From contig JAFGHM010000055.1 of NCBI GenBank assembly GCA_016930135.1, positions 6,335 through 70,334 on the forward strand: a stretch of DNA of 64,000 bases, given 5' to 3'. Position numbers and translations under genes: made by a program. Source of the stretch: Thermoplasmatota archaeon. GTDB taxonomy: Archaea; Thermoplasmatota; Thermoplasmata; UBA10834. The notes beneath the pieces are model-generated. The model was not told where the DNA came from, made no database searches, and saw nothing but the letters and a program-made list of their open reading frames with translations. Positions 37,008 through 47,018 of the stretch are shown one piece after another; the stretch's first letter is position 1, and each line of letters starts with the position of its first letter.

Positions 37008-37768
37008 AGAAGGAAGAAGTCTGAATTCACAAGCTCTGATTAGCCAAGGTCATGCGGGAGGCCAGGGGAGATCGATGTAGACGTAGCCATCAATAGGCGG
37101 CAGATTGACCTTCAGACTGCGATGCGTGCTAGTGCGAATCACGCTCCTTTGGCGGTCTGCTCTCCGAAGCGCGCATTTGTCTCCTCAGGCTATGGTGAAG
37201 GACCAACGTGACTACGAGCAGCACAGCGACGTTTTCAGGGCAAGCATCGCAGCTAGAGTTGCCAGGCTGATTCTTTTCGTGCCAAGACCTCCCTTCCAAG
37301 CCAGGGCGAGATAAGGGAGAGACGAACATGACATCCTTTCTTCAAGATAGCAGGCAGACTTTCTGCGGGCTGGGTTCCGCGCCCACGTCCCTGCGTAACT
37401 GCAATCCGGTCAGTAGGAGACTGGGTTTACTGAGCAGACAACAACCAGAGCCTGACATCTCTCTCGAGGTATCTGGTCCGATTTCAATCAGAGCGTCGTG
37501 TATACCAGCGAAGTCCGTTCCGACCACTTGGACGAGATATGGGGCGATGAGGAGACGGACCTCGGGCCTCAGTTGTTTCGTACTAACAGGTATTGCCCTC
37601 AGCATTGGCCACAGTCCGGACCATTGCGCGCTATGATTCCATCAGATGGATTGGCGTTCAAGCTCTCCTCCGAAGACAAGACCTCTATGATGAAATGTTG
37701 CTAGTGGACAGTTCGATGCAGGCTATCTTCTTCTCAACTCTCCTGATCTTCACGAATCTCCTGGGCTA

Positions 37769-37890
37769 TCGGACATAACTCTATTCGCGGTTCTCCCGCA
37801 CTATGGTGACTTCGTCCCTTTGTCAGGGATGTGCCCCCAATCCATAGGTCGCACTCGAAGTGCACTCTTTCCCGGGGTCGAAATCCTGAC
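37769..37890 (+). repeat. ~120-nt conserved structured element, copy 2 (candidate ncRNA)
   Basis: About 88% identical to 4572-4693 in the same orientation. The stems are retained while the loop sequence differs (GCACT-CGA-AGTGC vs GCACT-CTC-AGTGC). A degenerate purine motif follows at 37914-37940. Confidence 0.5.
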
Positions 37891-38017
37891 TGCGAAAGGG
37901 TTCGTCTCTCACGAACATCCAATAGATGATCCAGAGAAGCTTGCACGAGGTCGCGATTCCCGAATGAGCAAGCGTATCCCAGTGGAGGAAGCCTTATCTC
38001 GCCACACACCTTGATTC

Positions 38018-39862
38018 ATGTTAGGTGGGTCGATGGAAGGACGGACCCGGACACGCCCGAAAGGCGCCTCAGCCCTCTTCTTTGGTTGGCCTGAGAGGAC
38101 GAACCGCGTGCTTATAGTAGTCGTGGTCTTGGCGCTCTTGCTGGGAGTGCCGGTCCTGTCAATGGCGATTCCATCGGTGCACTTGGATCGGCAAATCGTC
38201 GTCATCGAGCCTGGGTCGTATCTTGCTTTCCATTTCGGCTTCTACGGCTACGGTGAGATTGAGTACATGTACAACGGGATCTCAGGCTCAGATCTCCGCA
38301 TGCTGGAACTGGACAGCGTGAACTACCACCTGTTCGTGGCTGGGAAGTCATATCAGAGCATCTCCTCTCACAGAATATACTCATCAGGAGTAGGAGGCCA
38401 TGGGGAAGGCGGGTTCATCTGGGACAAGTACTTGGTCCTGGTGAATGACGGAGCGGATACCGGGCAACTCGAGCTGGAGATGGACGGGAGAGTCTACTTG
38501 AGCATGCTGCCAGCTGGTGTAATCTCACTGACGGCCTCTGCTGTTGGGTACTTGCTGGGCAGGCAGGCGGACAAGGAGGCGCGTTTGGATATTGCCAACC
38601 CTGTCATCATGGCCCGCAGAGGCCTGCGGAGGAAGGCGCTGGCGACAATCGCGTTGCTCTCTCTGCTTCCCATGGGAATCCTGCTCGCGATTGCCTATGT
38701 GACACCCGCAACCCCACCATTCTTTCTCAGAGGGGGGACTTTCGGATTCTACATTGGACTGTTTGTCACTCTCCTGATCGTCTTCCAGCTCCGATTCAAG
38801 CTGACAAAGGACCAAGTAGCACAGAGACCGCTACTTGCGAACCTTGCATACCGCCTTCGAGTCTCCGGATATAGAGTGACGGAGGGCGAAGATCGCCTGA
38901 TCGTGCACATATCGTCCACATCTGCCGTCCACACAATCACGAGGAAGGCATCGGACGGGACTTGGGTTCTGTACAAGACTAGCGCAACGCCGAAAGGTTT
39001 CGGCATTCTGATTGTTCTCTCTCTAACCTTCCTTGGTGCCCCTCTCGCCCTGGGCCTCTCTCTCTTCATGCTGTACAGGACCTCTGTCTTCGCAAGCACC
39101 AGGGTCTTGCCAAGGCTTTCGCAGCTCCCGATACCTCAGCCACAAGGCGGTGAAGCCGATACCCGGATGATGATAGTCGAGAGCCTTTCGGAAGGGCGAA
39201 GATTGTCTGCCGAGGCCTATGAATGCGCCAGGTCGAACTACCACGATGCAGTGATCCTCATGGCGATTGTGGGAATTGTCTTGGGGAATATTGTTGGCAT
39301 TCTGGCCTACCAACAGACTGACTTCGACGCCAGAATCCGCATCGCCCTCGCAGTCGCGATTCTGTTCTCCGTTCTCTTCGCCGCTGTCTCTTGGTTGTTC
39401 CTCGGCGCGAAATTCAGGCCAAGGATCAACGAGTTCAAGGCATGGACGACCAAGCTCGACGCAGCGCTGTCGCGCGAGGCTGCGGGCCTCAGCCCTTCTG
39501 ATGGCGAACCCAGCTCGTTCGAGTTGATTGCGGACTCATTCAAAGAGATGCCGAAGTGGCTGAAGGCCAGAAGGCGGGCGGGCGGGTACAGGAGGCCGTT
39601 GTACTGGTTGCTCATGTTCTTCCTTCTGTACGGCGCCTTCATATTGGGCATGAACGGATACTCCTACTGGGCCGAGGAGACGAATCCGACAGCGGGAATC
39701 GCAGCCATGGCCCTTGCGGTCGCATTGGCCCTGCTTGCAGCGTTCTCGTATTGGGTGGTGAAGAGGAGATTGAACCAGGAGATGGAGACGACGCTCTCCG
39801 AGTGGAATGAGAGACAGGAAGCTCTGAGATTGGCGATGGAGAGGCTCCTGGCAGGGGAGTGA
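38018..39862 (+). CDS. Large polytopic membrane protein, hypothetical
   Basis: 614 aa with at least 10 predicted TM segments in several clusters. The stop is 4 nt from the start of the wHTH gene. Confidence 0.6.
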   Translation: MLGGSMEGRTRTRPKGASALFFGWPERTNRVLIVVVVLALLLGVPVLSMAIPSVHLDRQIVVIEPGSYLAFHFGFYGYGEIEYMYNGISGSDLRMLELDSVNYHLFVAGKSYQSISSHRIYSSGVGGHGEGGFIWDKYLVLVNDGADTGQLELEMDGRVYLSMLPAGVISLTASAVGYLLGRQADKEARLDIANPVIMARRGLRRKALATIALLSLLPMGILLAIAYVTPATPPFFLRGGTFGFYIGLFVTLLIVFQLRFKLTKDQVAQRPLLANLAYRLRVSGYRVTEGEDRLIVHISSTSAVHTITRKASDGTWVLYKTSATPKGFGILIVLSLTFLGAPLALGLSLFMLYRTSVFASTRVLPRLSQLPIPQPQGGEADTRMMIVESLSEGRRLSAEAYECARSNYHDAVILMAIVGIVLGNIVGILAYQQTDFDARIRIALAVAILFSVLFAAVSWLFLGAKFRPRINEFKAWTTKLDAALSREAAGLSPSDGEPSSFELIADSFKEMPKWLKARRRAGGYRRPLYWLLMFFLLYGAFILGMNGYSYWAEETNPTAGIAAMALAVALALLAAFSYWVVKRRLNQEMETTLSEWNERQEALRLAMERLLAGE

Positions 39863-39865
39863 CCG

Positions 39866-40159
39866 ATGGCGACTCCACAGCCCATGGACCGGCCCGACTT
39901 GTACATAGTCGCCCGCATCCTCGAGCGGCTGTGGAGAGAGGAGAAGCCGATGCTCAAGACCCGCCTCCAGATAGCCTCCAACATCAACTATGACGTGTTC
40001 AGGAAATACACTTCCTGGATGGCCAACCACGGGCTGATAGCCGCGGAGACAGCGGACGACGGGCACGAGCGCCTGCATCTCACGCCCAAGGGCGAGGAGG
40101 CCTACAAGAAGCTGGTGCAGTGGATCAACGAGGTCATCCACAGGAAGATGCCCTCATGA
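39866..40159 (+). CDS. Small winged-helix DNA-binding protein, paralog of 22901-23188
   Basis: 97 aa that align with the protein at 22901. It is translationally coupled to the upstream membrane protein. Confidence 0.6.
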   Translation: MATPQPMDRPDLYIVARILERLWREEKPMLKTRLQIASNINYDVFRKYTSWMANHGLIAAETADDGHERLHLTPKGEEAYKKLVQWINEVIHRKMPS

Positions 40160-40269
40160 CGGTGGCGCCTCACGACTTCGTCCTGTTCTCTTCCAACGCG
40201 ATGGGGACAGGGTGACGAAACGGATACCAGTCGCGTTCAGAAAACGGTTCTCGGAGTCTGATCTCGCGA

Positions 40270-41220
40270 TCATCCGCAGGTTCCTACGAAGTTCTTTCTT
40301 GTCTGTAGAAGCACTTCGAGGTTGCGAGGGAATGACGAAAGATCCAGCCCAATCCGCTTGAGCTTCTTCTCTATCCTAGCCGCTCTCTCGCCAGAGAACT
40401 TCCCTTCTAGAAGATACGCGCTCTCCTCCTCCGTGAACTCTTCTCGGTCGTCGTACCAGTTGATGAGTTCCTTGTTGTAGGGGCACACCATCTGACAGCG
40501 CATGCACCCAATCAAAGCGTTATGGGCCGAAGCATCGATCCATCGGGAAAATCTCTCGCTAGCGGGCTTCTCGTTCAAGTATGTCAGGCACGTCTCTGCG
40601 CTGACGAGAAACCTGTCCTCTCGAATCGCCTTCGTCGGGCAGGCTTCGATGCAGGCCTTGCACTTGTCGCACAGTGGAAGCGCCTTCTTCTCCTGCCAGT
40701 TGTCCACAGGGCTGTCGTAGTCGGAGTAGAAGGCAGTGGGACGGTGGAAGCTTCCGAATGCGGGGATGTAAGTAATGTTGTTCCTTCCGTAGAGGGCGAG
40801 CCCGCTCCTGACCGCGAGAAGCTTCAGGGGCAACATGGCCCTCACGAATCTGTACTTCCTTGGCTCGAACGCCTTCTTCAGGAGGAGTCTGGCCCGATTC
40901 GCCACCTTGTAGGCGTCGAAATATGTCGGCGGGACCAGAAGCTGGATCTTCCTATTCTCCCAATTGAAGGTTGTGCGTATCATCGGCTGTGGCGTCGAGA
41001 CTATGATGATCGACCTCGCCCGGGGAAGACTCTTGGGAAGCCGCGGCGTATGGTACGGTCTCTTCTTTCCTGAGTAGTTGTAGATGCTATCGTCGAGGAG
41101 CCCCTCGTCGTGGAGCGAGCTGATCTCCTGGCCGAGTTCCTCCAGATGATCAATCGAGACGACGCTGCCAAAGCAGCCGTTCTCTTCCAGATACTTGACG
41201 AATTCCGGTTTGATTCTCAC
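40270..41220 (-). CDS. QueG/reductive-dehalogenase-like iron-sulfur protein (DUF1730 + two 4Fe-4S motifs)
   Basis: CDKCKACIEACPTKAI and CMRCQMVCPYNK clusters, with spacing and flanks that resemble epoxyqueuosine reductase. No C-terminal HEAT region is present. Confidence 0.6.
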   Translation of the reverse strand: MRIKPEFVKYLEENGCFGSVVSIDHLEELGQEISSLHDEGLLDDSIYNYSGKKRPYHTPRLPKSLPRARSIIIVSTPQPMIRTTFNWENRKIQLLVPPTYFDAYKVANRARLLLKKAFEPRKYRFVRAMLPLKLLAVRSGLALYGRNNITYIPAFGSFHRPTAFYSDYDSPVDNWQEKKALPLCDKCKACIEACPTKAIREDRFLVSAETCLTYLNEKPASERFSRWIDASAHNALIGCMRCQMVCPYNKELINWYDDREEFTEEESAYLLEGKFSGERAARIEKKLKRIGLDLSSFPRNLEVLLQTRKNFVGTCG

Positions 41221-41473
41221 AGCACGGAACCGTCGTAGTATTGCATCTTCGAGTATTGAATGAATGGGTTGAAGTCGGCGTTGAGATGATGCTGATTGTC
41301 GGCCCCGCCGTGCTGGGAACCGTTGGCCGTGTTAGATTTGGGACGAGCTGTGTTTATGACGCTTCCTTATGACCAAAGACTCCAACCCAATGCATTCCCT
41401 CAGTAATCGATGTGGGGATCACTGCGCCCACCTTCGGATGCCAGAAGGCTGCAGGCACATGTCAATTTTCGGA

Positions 41474-42058
41474 CTATGAGTATGTGAGAGTGGATACAGA
41501 GACCAGCTTCCATGGGCCCTTTCTGACGGACATCTCGGCAATCCAGTCAATCACCTTCTCCCCCTCCCGTACAAGCGTGTACCTCACCCTCGTGGGTCTT
41601 CCTTTGATCATCGCATTCTCTGAGACGAACTCCAGCCTGTTGCCTTCGAGCTTGCCATTGAGTTGGTGCAGGATGCCTAGGTTTGCCGCCCTGAGCATCC
41701 TGTACTCCCTGTCTCTGGAGTCCCATCCCACGATGCTGTAGCCGTGCACGGGGCTGATCCTCTTCGTTCCACTGTATGTCCATTCATCCCATGTGAACAC
41801 GCAGAAAAGGCCCCCCATTATCCATCTGCTGGCAATCCTGCCCTCCTCTCTGAGCTCCGGCGAATTCGGCTCGAAGAATCCTCGCGCGATGATGCCTTCA
41901 AGGGCTCCATGGCCTTGGGGGAAGAACTTCCTGAGCGCATTCGTCTCTGAGGACTCCTTCACTGGGTTCAGCCTCTTGCCATTCGCATTGATTCTCGTCA
42001 TCGTCGCATTTCTCCTCGAAGGCGTCCGTGGCATCTTGGTAATCACGACCAGGCTCAT
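41474..42058 (-). CDS. Hypothetical protein (DUF1579-like beta-barrel?)
   Basis: 194-aa ORF. The W/G-rich segment GGLFCVFTWDEWTYSGTKRISPVHGYSIVGWD is weakly family-like. Confidence 0.4.
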   Translation of the reverse strand: MSLVVITKMPRTPSRRNATMTRINANGKRLNPVKESSETNALRKFFPQGHGALEGIIARGFFEPNSPELREEGRIASRWIMGGLFCVFTWDEWTYSGTKRISPVHGYSIVGWDSRDREYRMLRAANLGILHQLNGKLEGNRLEFVSENAMIKGRPTRVRYTLVREGEKVIDWIAEMSVRKGPWKLVSVSTLTYS

Positions 42059-42412
42059 CTGTGCATGTCAAGTGGGCGAAATCCGATGCAGTCCCTGACC
42101 CGGAGCAGATGTCCTTTGATGTAACGGCATTGGTTGACAGGGCATGATAAGGAAGATAGTACATCTGAGCTCGGGAAGGGGCGGAAGTCCGGCAGTGGCG
42201 AGTCAACAGGTCGCCATCATAGACATTGTGGGAGTGAGTCCTCCCCCAGGATCATTTGGACTGACTCTCCCGATTGCCGCGCCCTTCCCCTTCACACGAT
42301 TGCGATGGGGTTCTCGGGGGCGCTCAGGCCGAGCATCCTCACAGAGCCCTGTCATCCGTCGCTTTCACTATCGGGGGAAGCGTAGATACACAACGAAGAG
42401 GTGGAAGGCGGC

Positions 42413-45400
42413 CTATCTGTTCGGCTCGTCCTCTTTCCTGGGGCGCACTCTGCAGACCACGACAATCATAGCGGACAGCGCCACCAGAGAAGCGAGATTG
42501 CCTAGCTCTGGTACCCACAAGCTATCGTACAGCACCTGGATTGGCGCGGTCGTGTTCTGGGTCCACTGCCAGCAGATCTTGTATTCGCCGGGGGCGGAGT
42601 ATATCGACGTCATGTATTGCTTCGTGAAGCTCGTCTGTGGCTCTATGGCGATTCCGTACCAAGTGCCCGAAATGCACTTCCTGGCCATCACAGTCTTGGG
42701 CGTGAACGCGGAATCACACTGGAGCCACAGGACGTACAGATCGTCGGTGGAGCTGTCGAGGGATATTGTCGGATAGTAGTTGGCGAGTCCTCTTGTGTCG
42801 TTCGCCGGATCCAAGTTCAGGCCAGGCGTGAACGTGAGATCGGTGTTGCTGTGCGAGTACCAGATCTGCGGGATCGAGGCCTGACCGGACTTCCGACCGG
42901 TGCCGTAGACGACATGCACGACCCCCTTGCTGTCGATGACTACCGAAGGTGGGGAGTTGTCGGTGTTCGCGGTGCTTCCGGCCGGACCGTATATCGCACT
43001 CTCAGGACTCCAGACGCCAGTGTATTTCATGGCTTTCACGCTGCCCTGGAAGGCGTACACAGCCCACACGTCGCTCCCAGAGCCAGCGGGAAGAACCGAG
43101 CCCTTGACGTTGTCATAATCCGAAGCCCACGGCAGCAGTTGCCCGATGTTCTTCCAGGAGCTTGTGCTGCCGACTTCCGTGCTCATGAACACATTGAGCT
43201 GGTACCTTGCAGGCTTGTCCTGAGAGCAATTGCTCGAGAGAACCCAGAGATAGCCGCTCAGGTCCTTGGAGATATAGGTGTTCTTGCCTGCGAGGGCGTA
43301 GCTCGAGGTCTTCAGGTTCGAATCGCTTGCGGCCCATGTGATCATGTGCGCGGTTGCATCGACCTTGCCCGTCTGGACGACCACGCTGTTGGACGCCGAC
43401 GATGTGTCGCCGACCGCGTACACAGTGGCAGTCGAGGAATCGTACCATATGGAGGTTTCGTTTACCCCTGGAGTGTTGAACACGCGACCCCCGTAGATCC
43501 ACGTCTGGCCGTCGTCCACGCTGTACTTGTGCACGGTGTTCGCACCGTCGAAGTACAGACTCCAGTGGTTGACGCCGTCGTAGAACATCTTCCTCTGATA
43601 TGACATCGAGGTGGCGCAAGGGGAAGTCGTTGCGGGATCGACGATCCAAGTCCTTGTGAGCGTGCTCATCGAAGCTGGATTGAAAGTTGCGGAGTCGCTC
43701 CAGCCCTCCCAGGAAGTGGTCTCAACGATGAAGTCTATCTCGACGCTGCCCCCTAGGCTGATTGTGCTGACGCCTATCTCGATCCTCTGGTCGTCCTTCG
43801 CGGCCGTGAAGGTCCATGTGTTCTCCACCCACTTGCCCAACGCGATCGAGTAGTCGAACTGCTTCTTGGACGTGATCAGGCCGAACAGCCCCTTCAGCTC
43901 TATCTTACGGTCAGCGCCGATACGCTTCGAGTCGAACGCGACGGTCTCGCCTGTGTTGTTCGATCTGTCGCTGTCCACGTAGATGGTGAGTATGTCCTCT
44001 GCAGTTCGTCTGGGAGAGATGATCACCCCTCCGCCGCCAGCTCCCAAAGGCTTCCTAACCACAGCGGGGATGTAGGTACCGTTGCAGATATCGCCGTCTG
44101 TGCTCAAGTAGAAGAAAGAGGTCTGCGCAGTGCTCAGGTTGCCGACTTCGTCGATGTCCGTGCTGGGGTTCGCGACAGGCGACAGGTCGTGATCGGTCGA
44201 AAGCCGACCATTCCAGTCGGCGAAGGCTCCGTCGATGACGACCCCCGAAGGAGGTGATCCCGCATATGCGCTCGCACCAGAGCCAAAAATCTCCACGCTC
44301 GCGAACGTGGAAGCTATGCTGGATGTGAGCACCTTCGCCGTTACGAGCTGCCCATCGCTCGCAGCGGACGTGTCCACCGCTACTACTACCTCCTGCTCCT
44401 CTCCGGTCTCCAACGGGAACGCGATCTCCTGGTACACAGGCGATGCACCAACGAGGACTGGGTTGATCCCGCTGACATGACCGCCTTCGCCCTCGCATGT
44501 GAATGTCAGCTTGAGCATCTGGGTCGAAGTAGCCATCTGGACGATCCCGGTGGCTGCCAGGTCGGCTGAAGGCGCCTGTCGCACTATCAGCACACCTCCT
44601 TTCAGCGGGGCCGTGTGGCTCACCGAGCCTCTGTCCGCGGAGTCCTTGGAGACGAAGACGAACCTCGCAGACGGTCCTACCGGCTCGGGCATGTAGGCGC
44701 CCGCTTCTAGGCGCTCACCGTCAAGCGAGCAGGAGAGCGAATCCACCAAAGCCCAAGCCGTCCAGTTGTACTGGTCTGAAGATGAGGCATAGCGCAGCAG
44801 CGAGGTCGACTTGACCACGGAATCCCATCCCGTCAGCTGGAGCATGTAGTCCGCTCCAGTGGACTCAATGATGTAGCCCGTGCTGTTCGAGCCGTCCGAG
44901 TCCACGAAGAGGTAGTAACACTCGGCGATCGGAGAACTCATGATCTGCGACTCTGCTCTGAAATAGAGGAACAGGTCCGATAACTGGGCCCCGACTGCCC
45001 ATTCGGTGATGACGGACGACGGAGCGGGCGCCTGAAATCTGATTCCATAGGTCGTTGCGCCATCCCAGTCGGAGTAGTCGCCGTCAACAGAGAACTCGTC
45101 TCCCATGTTCGAGTACGAAAAGAAGATGAACGCTGGTATGATGATCAGGATCGCCACCAGCGCAGCGAGCATCTGCCACCTGATCGGCCTTGAGGCGCGT
45201 CTTGCCGCGGGGCCCTCCTCTCGTCTCCCAGTCCCGGTCGGTGGCCCGGCGCCGTTCACGAACCCAGTGCCGTTCACCACGCCAGTGCCGTTGATCAGGC
45301 CTCTGTCACTCGCCCTACCGAGCCCATTGACATAGCTGATGCCATTGGTGCGACCGGTGGCTTTCGCTGGAGTCTCTACAGGGACGGTCGTGACCTTCGC

Positions 45401-46120
45401 AGATCCTGGTCTCCGCTTGCTTCCAGTCCTCCCTGTCGGGGCCAAGGTCTCTTCCGGAGGGATGACAGAATCCTCTGGACGCCGGGCTTTTGGCCGCTTC
45501 GTAACGGGTTGCGCCTCTTCCGCCTTTGGCACCGTCTCGATGAAGATCGTATTGCATATGGGACATCTCTCGAAGCTCTTCGGGATGATTGAATTACAGA
45601 CGTGACACGGTCGGAACTCTCTGTGTTCCTCGACACCGACCTCCTCGGGCGGCTCTTCCACGGGTACAGAATCGACTCGAGCTGTTTGTTCCGGCGTCCC
45701 CCTCTCATCCCCGAGTGGCGTTCCGCACGCTGGGCACTTCGATTCCGTTCCCTCTAGAATCATCTGGCAGATCGGACAGAGAGGCCTCTTGCCTTCCTCT
45801 GTCGCGTCCAAGGCCTCGTACTCTGCGAATTCCGGCTCGTGCTTGCTGATGCCTTCATCAGCAGGCTGGACCTTCGCCTTCTTGGAGGCTGCTGGGATAT
45901 CTGCCCCGCATAGCGGACATATCTTCGAGCTTCTGAGGATCGAAGCTCCGCAGTTCGGGCACTCGAGCCTGCTAGACTTCGTGGGCTTACTCTTCTTCTT
46001 GCCGGACTTGCCCCTATTGTTCGTGAGCTCCTTGCCACACTGAGGGCAGGTCTTGTCACCGTGGGCGAGCGTCCATCCGCAAGATGGGCATTCCTTGGTC
46101 CGTTTGGTTTTGGAGGTCAT
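42413..46120 (-). CDS. Giant surface protein 1 (1235 aa): cytoplasmic 4x zinc-ribbon array, TM, extracellular BNR/Asp-box propeller region, C-terminal TM
   Basis: Four CxxC...CxxC pairs sit in the first 190 aa. A G-[LI]-[IV]-N-G-T-G repeat linker follows, then the TM WQMLAALVAILIIIPAFIFF. The ectodomain carries DGDYSDWDG and YLFVDSDGSNSTGY motifs and Asp-boxes (YSVDDGQTW). The C-terminus is PELGNLASLVALSAMIVVV + CRVRPRK. Confidence 0.8.
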   Translation of the reverse strand: MTSKTKRTKECPSCGWTLAHGDKTCPQCGKELTNNRGKSGKKKSKPTKSSRLECPNCGASILRSSKICPLCGADIPAASKKAKVQPADEGISKHEPEFAEYEALDATEEGKRPLCPICQMILEGTESKCPACGTPLGDERGTPEQTARVDSVPVEEPPEEVGVEEHREFRPCHVCNSIIPKSFERCPICNTIFIETVPKAEEAQPVTKRPKARRPEDSVIPPEETLAPTGRTGSKRRPGSAKVTTVPVETPAKATGRTNGISYVNGLGRASDRGLINGTGVVNGTGFVNGAGPPTGTGRREEGPAARRASRPIRWQMLAALVAILIIIPAFIFFSYSNMGDEFSVDGDYSDWDGATTYGIRFQAPAPSSVITEWAVGAQLSDLFLYFRAESQIMSSPIAECYYLFVDSDGSNSTGYIIESTGADYMLQLTGWDSVVKSTSLLRYASSSDQYNWTAWALVDSLSCSLDGERLEAGAYMPEPVGPSARFVFVSKDSADRGSVSHTAPLKGGVLIVRQAPSADLAATGIVQMATSTQMLKLTFTCEGEGGHVSGINPVLVGASPVYQEIAFPLETGEEQEVVVAVDTSAASDGQLVTAKVLTSSIASTFASVEIFGSGASAYAGSPPSGVVIDGAFADWNGRLSTDHDLSPVANPSTDIDEVGNLSTAQTSFFYLSTDGDICNGTYIPAVVRKPLGAGGGGVIISPRRTAEDILTIYVDSDRSNNTGETVAFDSKRIGADRKIELKGLFGLITSKKQFDYSIALGKWVENTWTFTAAKDDQRIEIGVSTISLGGSVEIDFIVETTSWEGWSDSATFNPASMSTLTRTWIVDPATTSPCATSMSYQRKMFYDGVNHWSLYFDGANTVHKYSVDDGQTWIYGGRVFNTPGVNETSIWYDSSTATVYAVGDTSSASNSVVVQTGKVDATAHMITWAASDSNLKTSSYALAGKNTYISKDLSGYLWVLSSNCSQDKPARYQLNVFMSTEVGSTSSWKNIGQLLPWASDYDNVKGSVLPAGSGSDVWAVYAFQGSVKAMKYTGVWSPESAIYGPAGSTANTDNSPPSVVIDSKGVVHVVYGTGRKSGQASIPQIWYSHSNTDLTFTPGLNLDPANDTRGLANYYPTISLDSSTDDLYVLWLQCDSAFTPKTVMARKCISGTWYGIAIEPQTSFTKQYMTSIYSAPGEYKICWQWTQNTTAPIQVLYDSLWVPELGNLASLVALSAMIVVVCRVRPRKEDEPNR

Positions 46121-46556
46121 GTAATCGGGGGGACGTCGGACGGTCTGTGAACGGTTTGGTCCGTTTGGAATCTATTGTCAGTGTGTGCTCTTTATCTTTG
46201 CTGGACAGATACCAATGGTGCTGGCACGGCTATTATATCACTAATATGAGTCAGTAGACAGATATATCTAGAATAAAATGCACTTTTTTGACCATGAAGC
46301 GCCCAATTCTCGGCCTGATCCTCGCGGGACTGGCAAAGAAGCGCATGAGAAGGGCGCCTTGTCGGCCGCGAGAAAGAGCCCGTCAATCGCGGCATGAGAG
46401 TGAGTCATCCCGGTGTCGAGGGACCTAGCCGCCTTCTCGCGGGGTCGATTCTCTGATGTGCAGGCTGAAGGCCTTGCTCTTGCGCTTCGAGATGCTTTCG
46501 CCAAGGCTTTGGACCATCGCATAGAAGGCAGGTCATGTCGGCGAGAAGGGAGCAGT

Positions 46557-47018
46557 GTGAACGCCCTTGTCGCAGACATGTCTTCGACGGGCAACGTTCA
46601 GAAGGTCGCTGAGGCCATCTACAGAGAGATAGCCTACAGGAAGGAGATCAGACCGATCGAGGAAGTGCATGACATCGGAGCCTATGGCGTCTCATTCCTT
46701 GGATTCCCGACACACCAGCAGGGGCCTGACAAGAAGGTCAAGGAAGTCCTTGCGAGGCATTGAACGAACGGCAGGAGGGTTGCGCTGTTCGTGACGCACG
46801 CCGCCCTGGAGTACATGTCCGGGCTTCCAGAATGGATGGCCGGATTCAAGCAGGCAGCCGGTGGCGCGAACCTCGTGGGATTCTTCGATTGCCAGGGAGG
46901 GCCCGCCAAGGGAGTGAAGTCCATCATGAGGATCCCTTCCAACAAGAAGTCCCGGACGTGGCCCAAGATGGACGAAAGCAAGGGTCAGCCCGATCATGCC
47001 CGGCTCGAGAAGGCCTGA
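46557..47018 (+). pseudogene. Flavodoxin-like protein interrupted by an in-frame TGA (46761-46763)
   Basis: GTG start gives MNALVADMSSTGNVQKVAEAIY (FMN phosphate-loop T/S-x-T-G-N). The conserved C-terminal half (RRVALFVTHAA...LVGFFDCQGGP) continues in the same frame after the TGA. Confidence 0.5.

Noticed and set aside
4572-37890. The two ~120-nt direct repeats 33 kb apart as attL/attR of an integrated element
   Set aside because: The copies are only about 88% identical; att duplications are identical at integration. No integrase, transposase or viral genes lie between them. The interval holds metabolic and surface-protein genes with host-like composition.
42617-43603. 328-aa antisense ORF inside giant surface protein 1, and similar long antisense ORFs such as 17152-18036, 19497-20354 and 35683-36705
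   Set aside because: These are typical spurious open frames on the opposite strand of GC-rich genes. They have Arg/Pro-rich low-complexity composition and no motifs.
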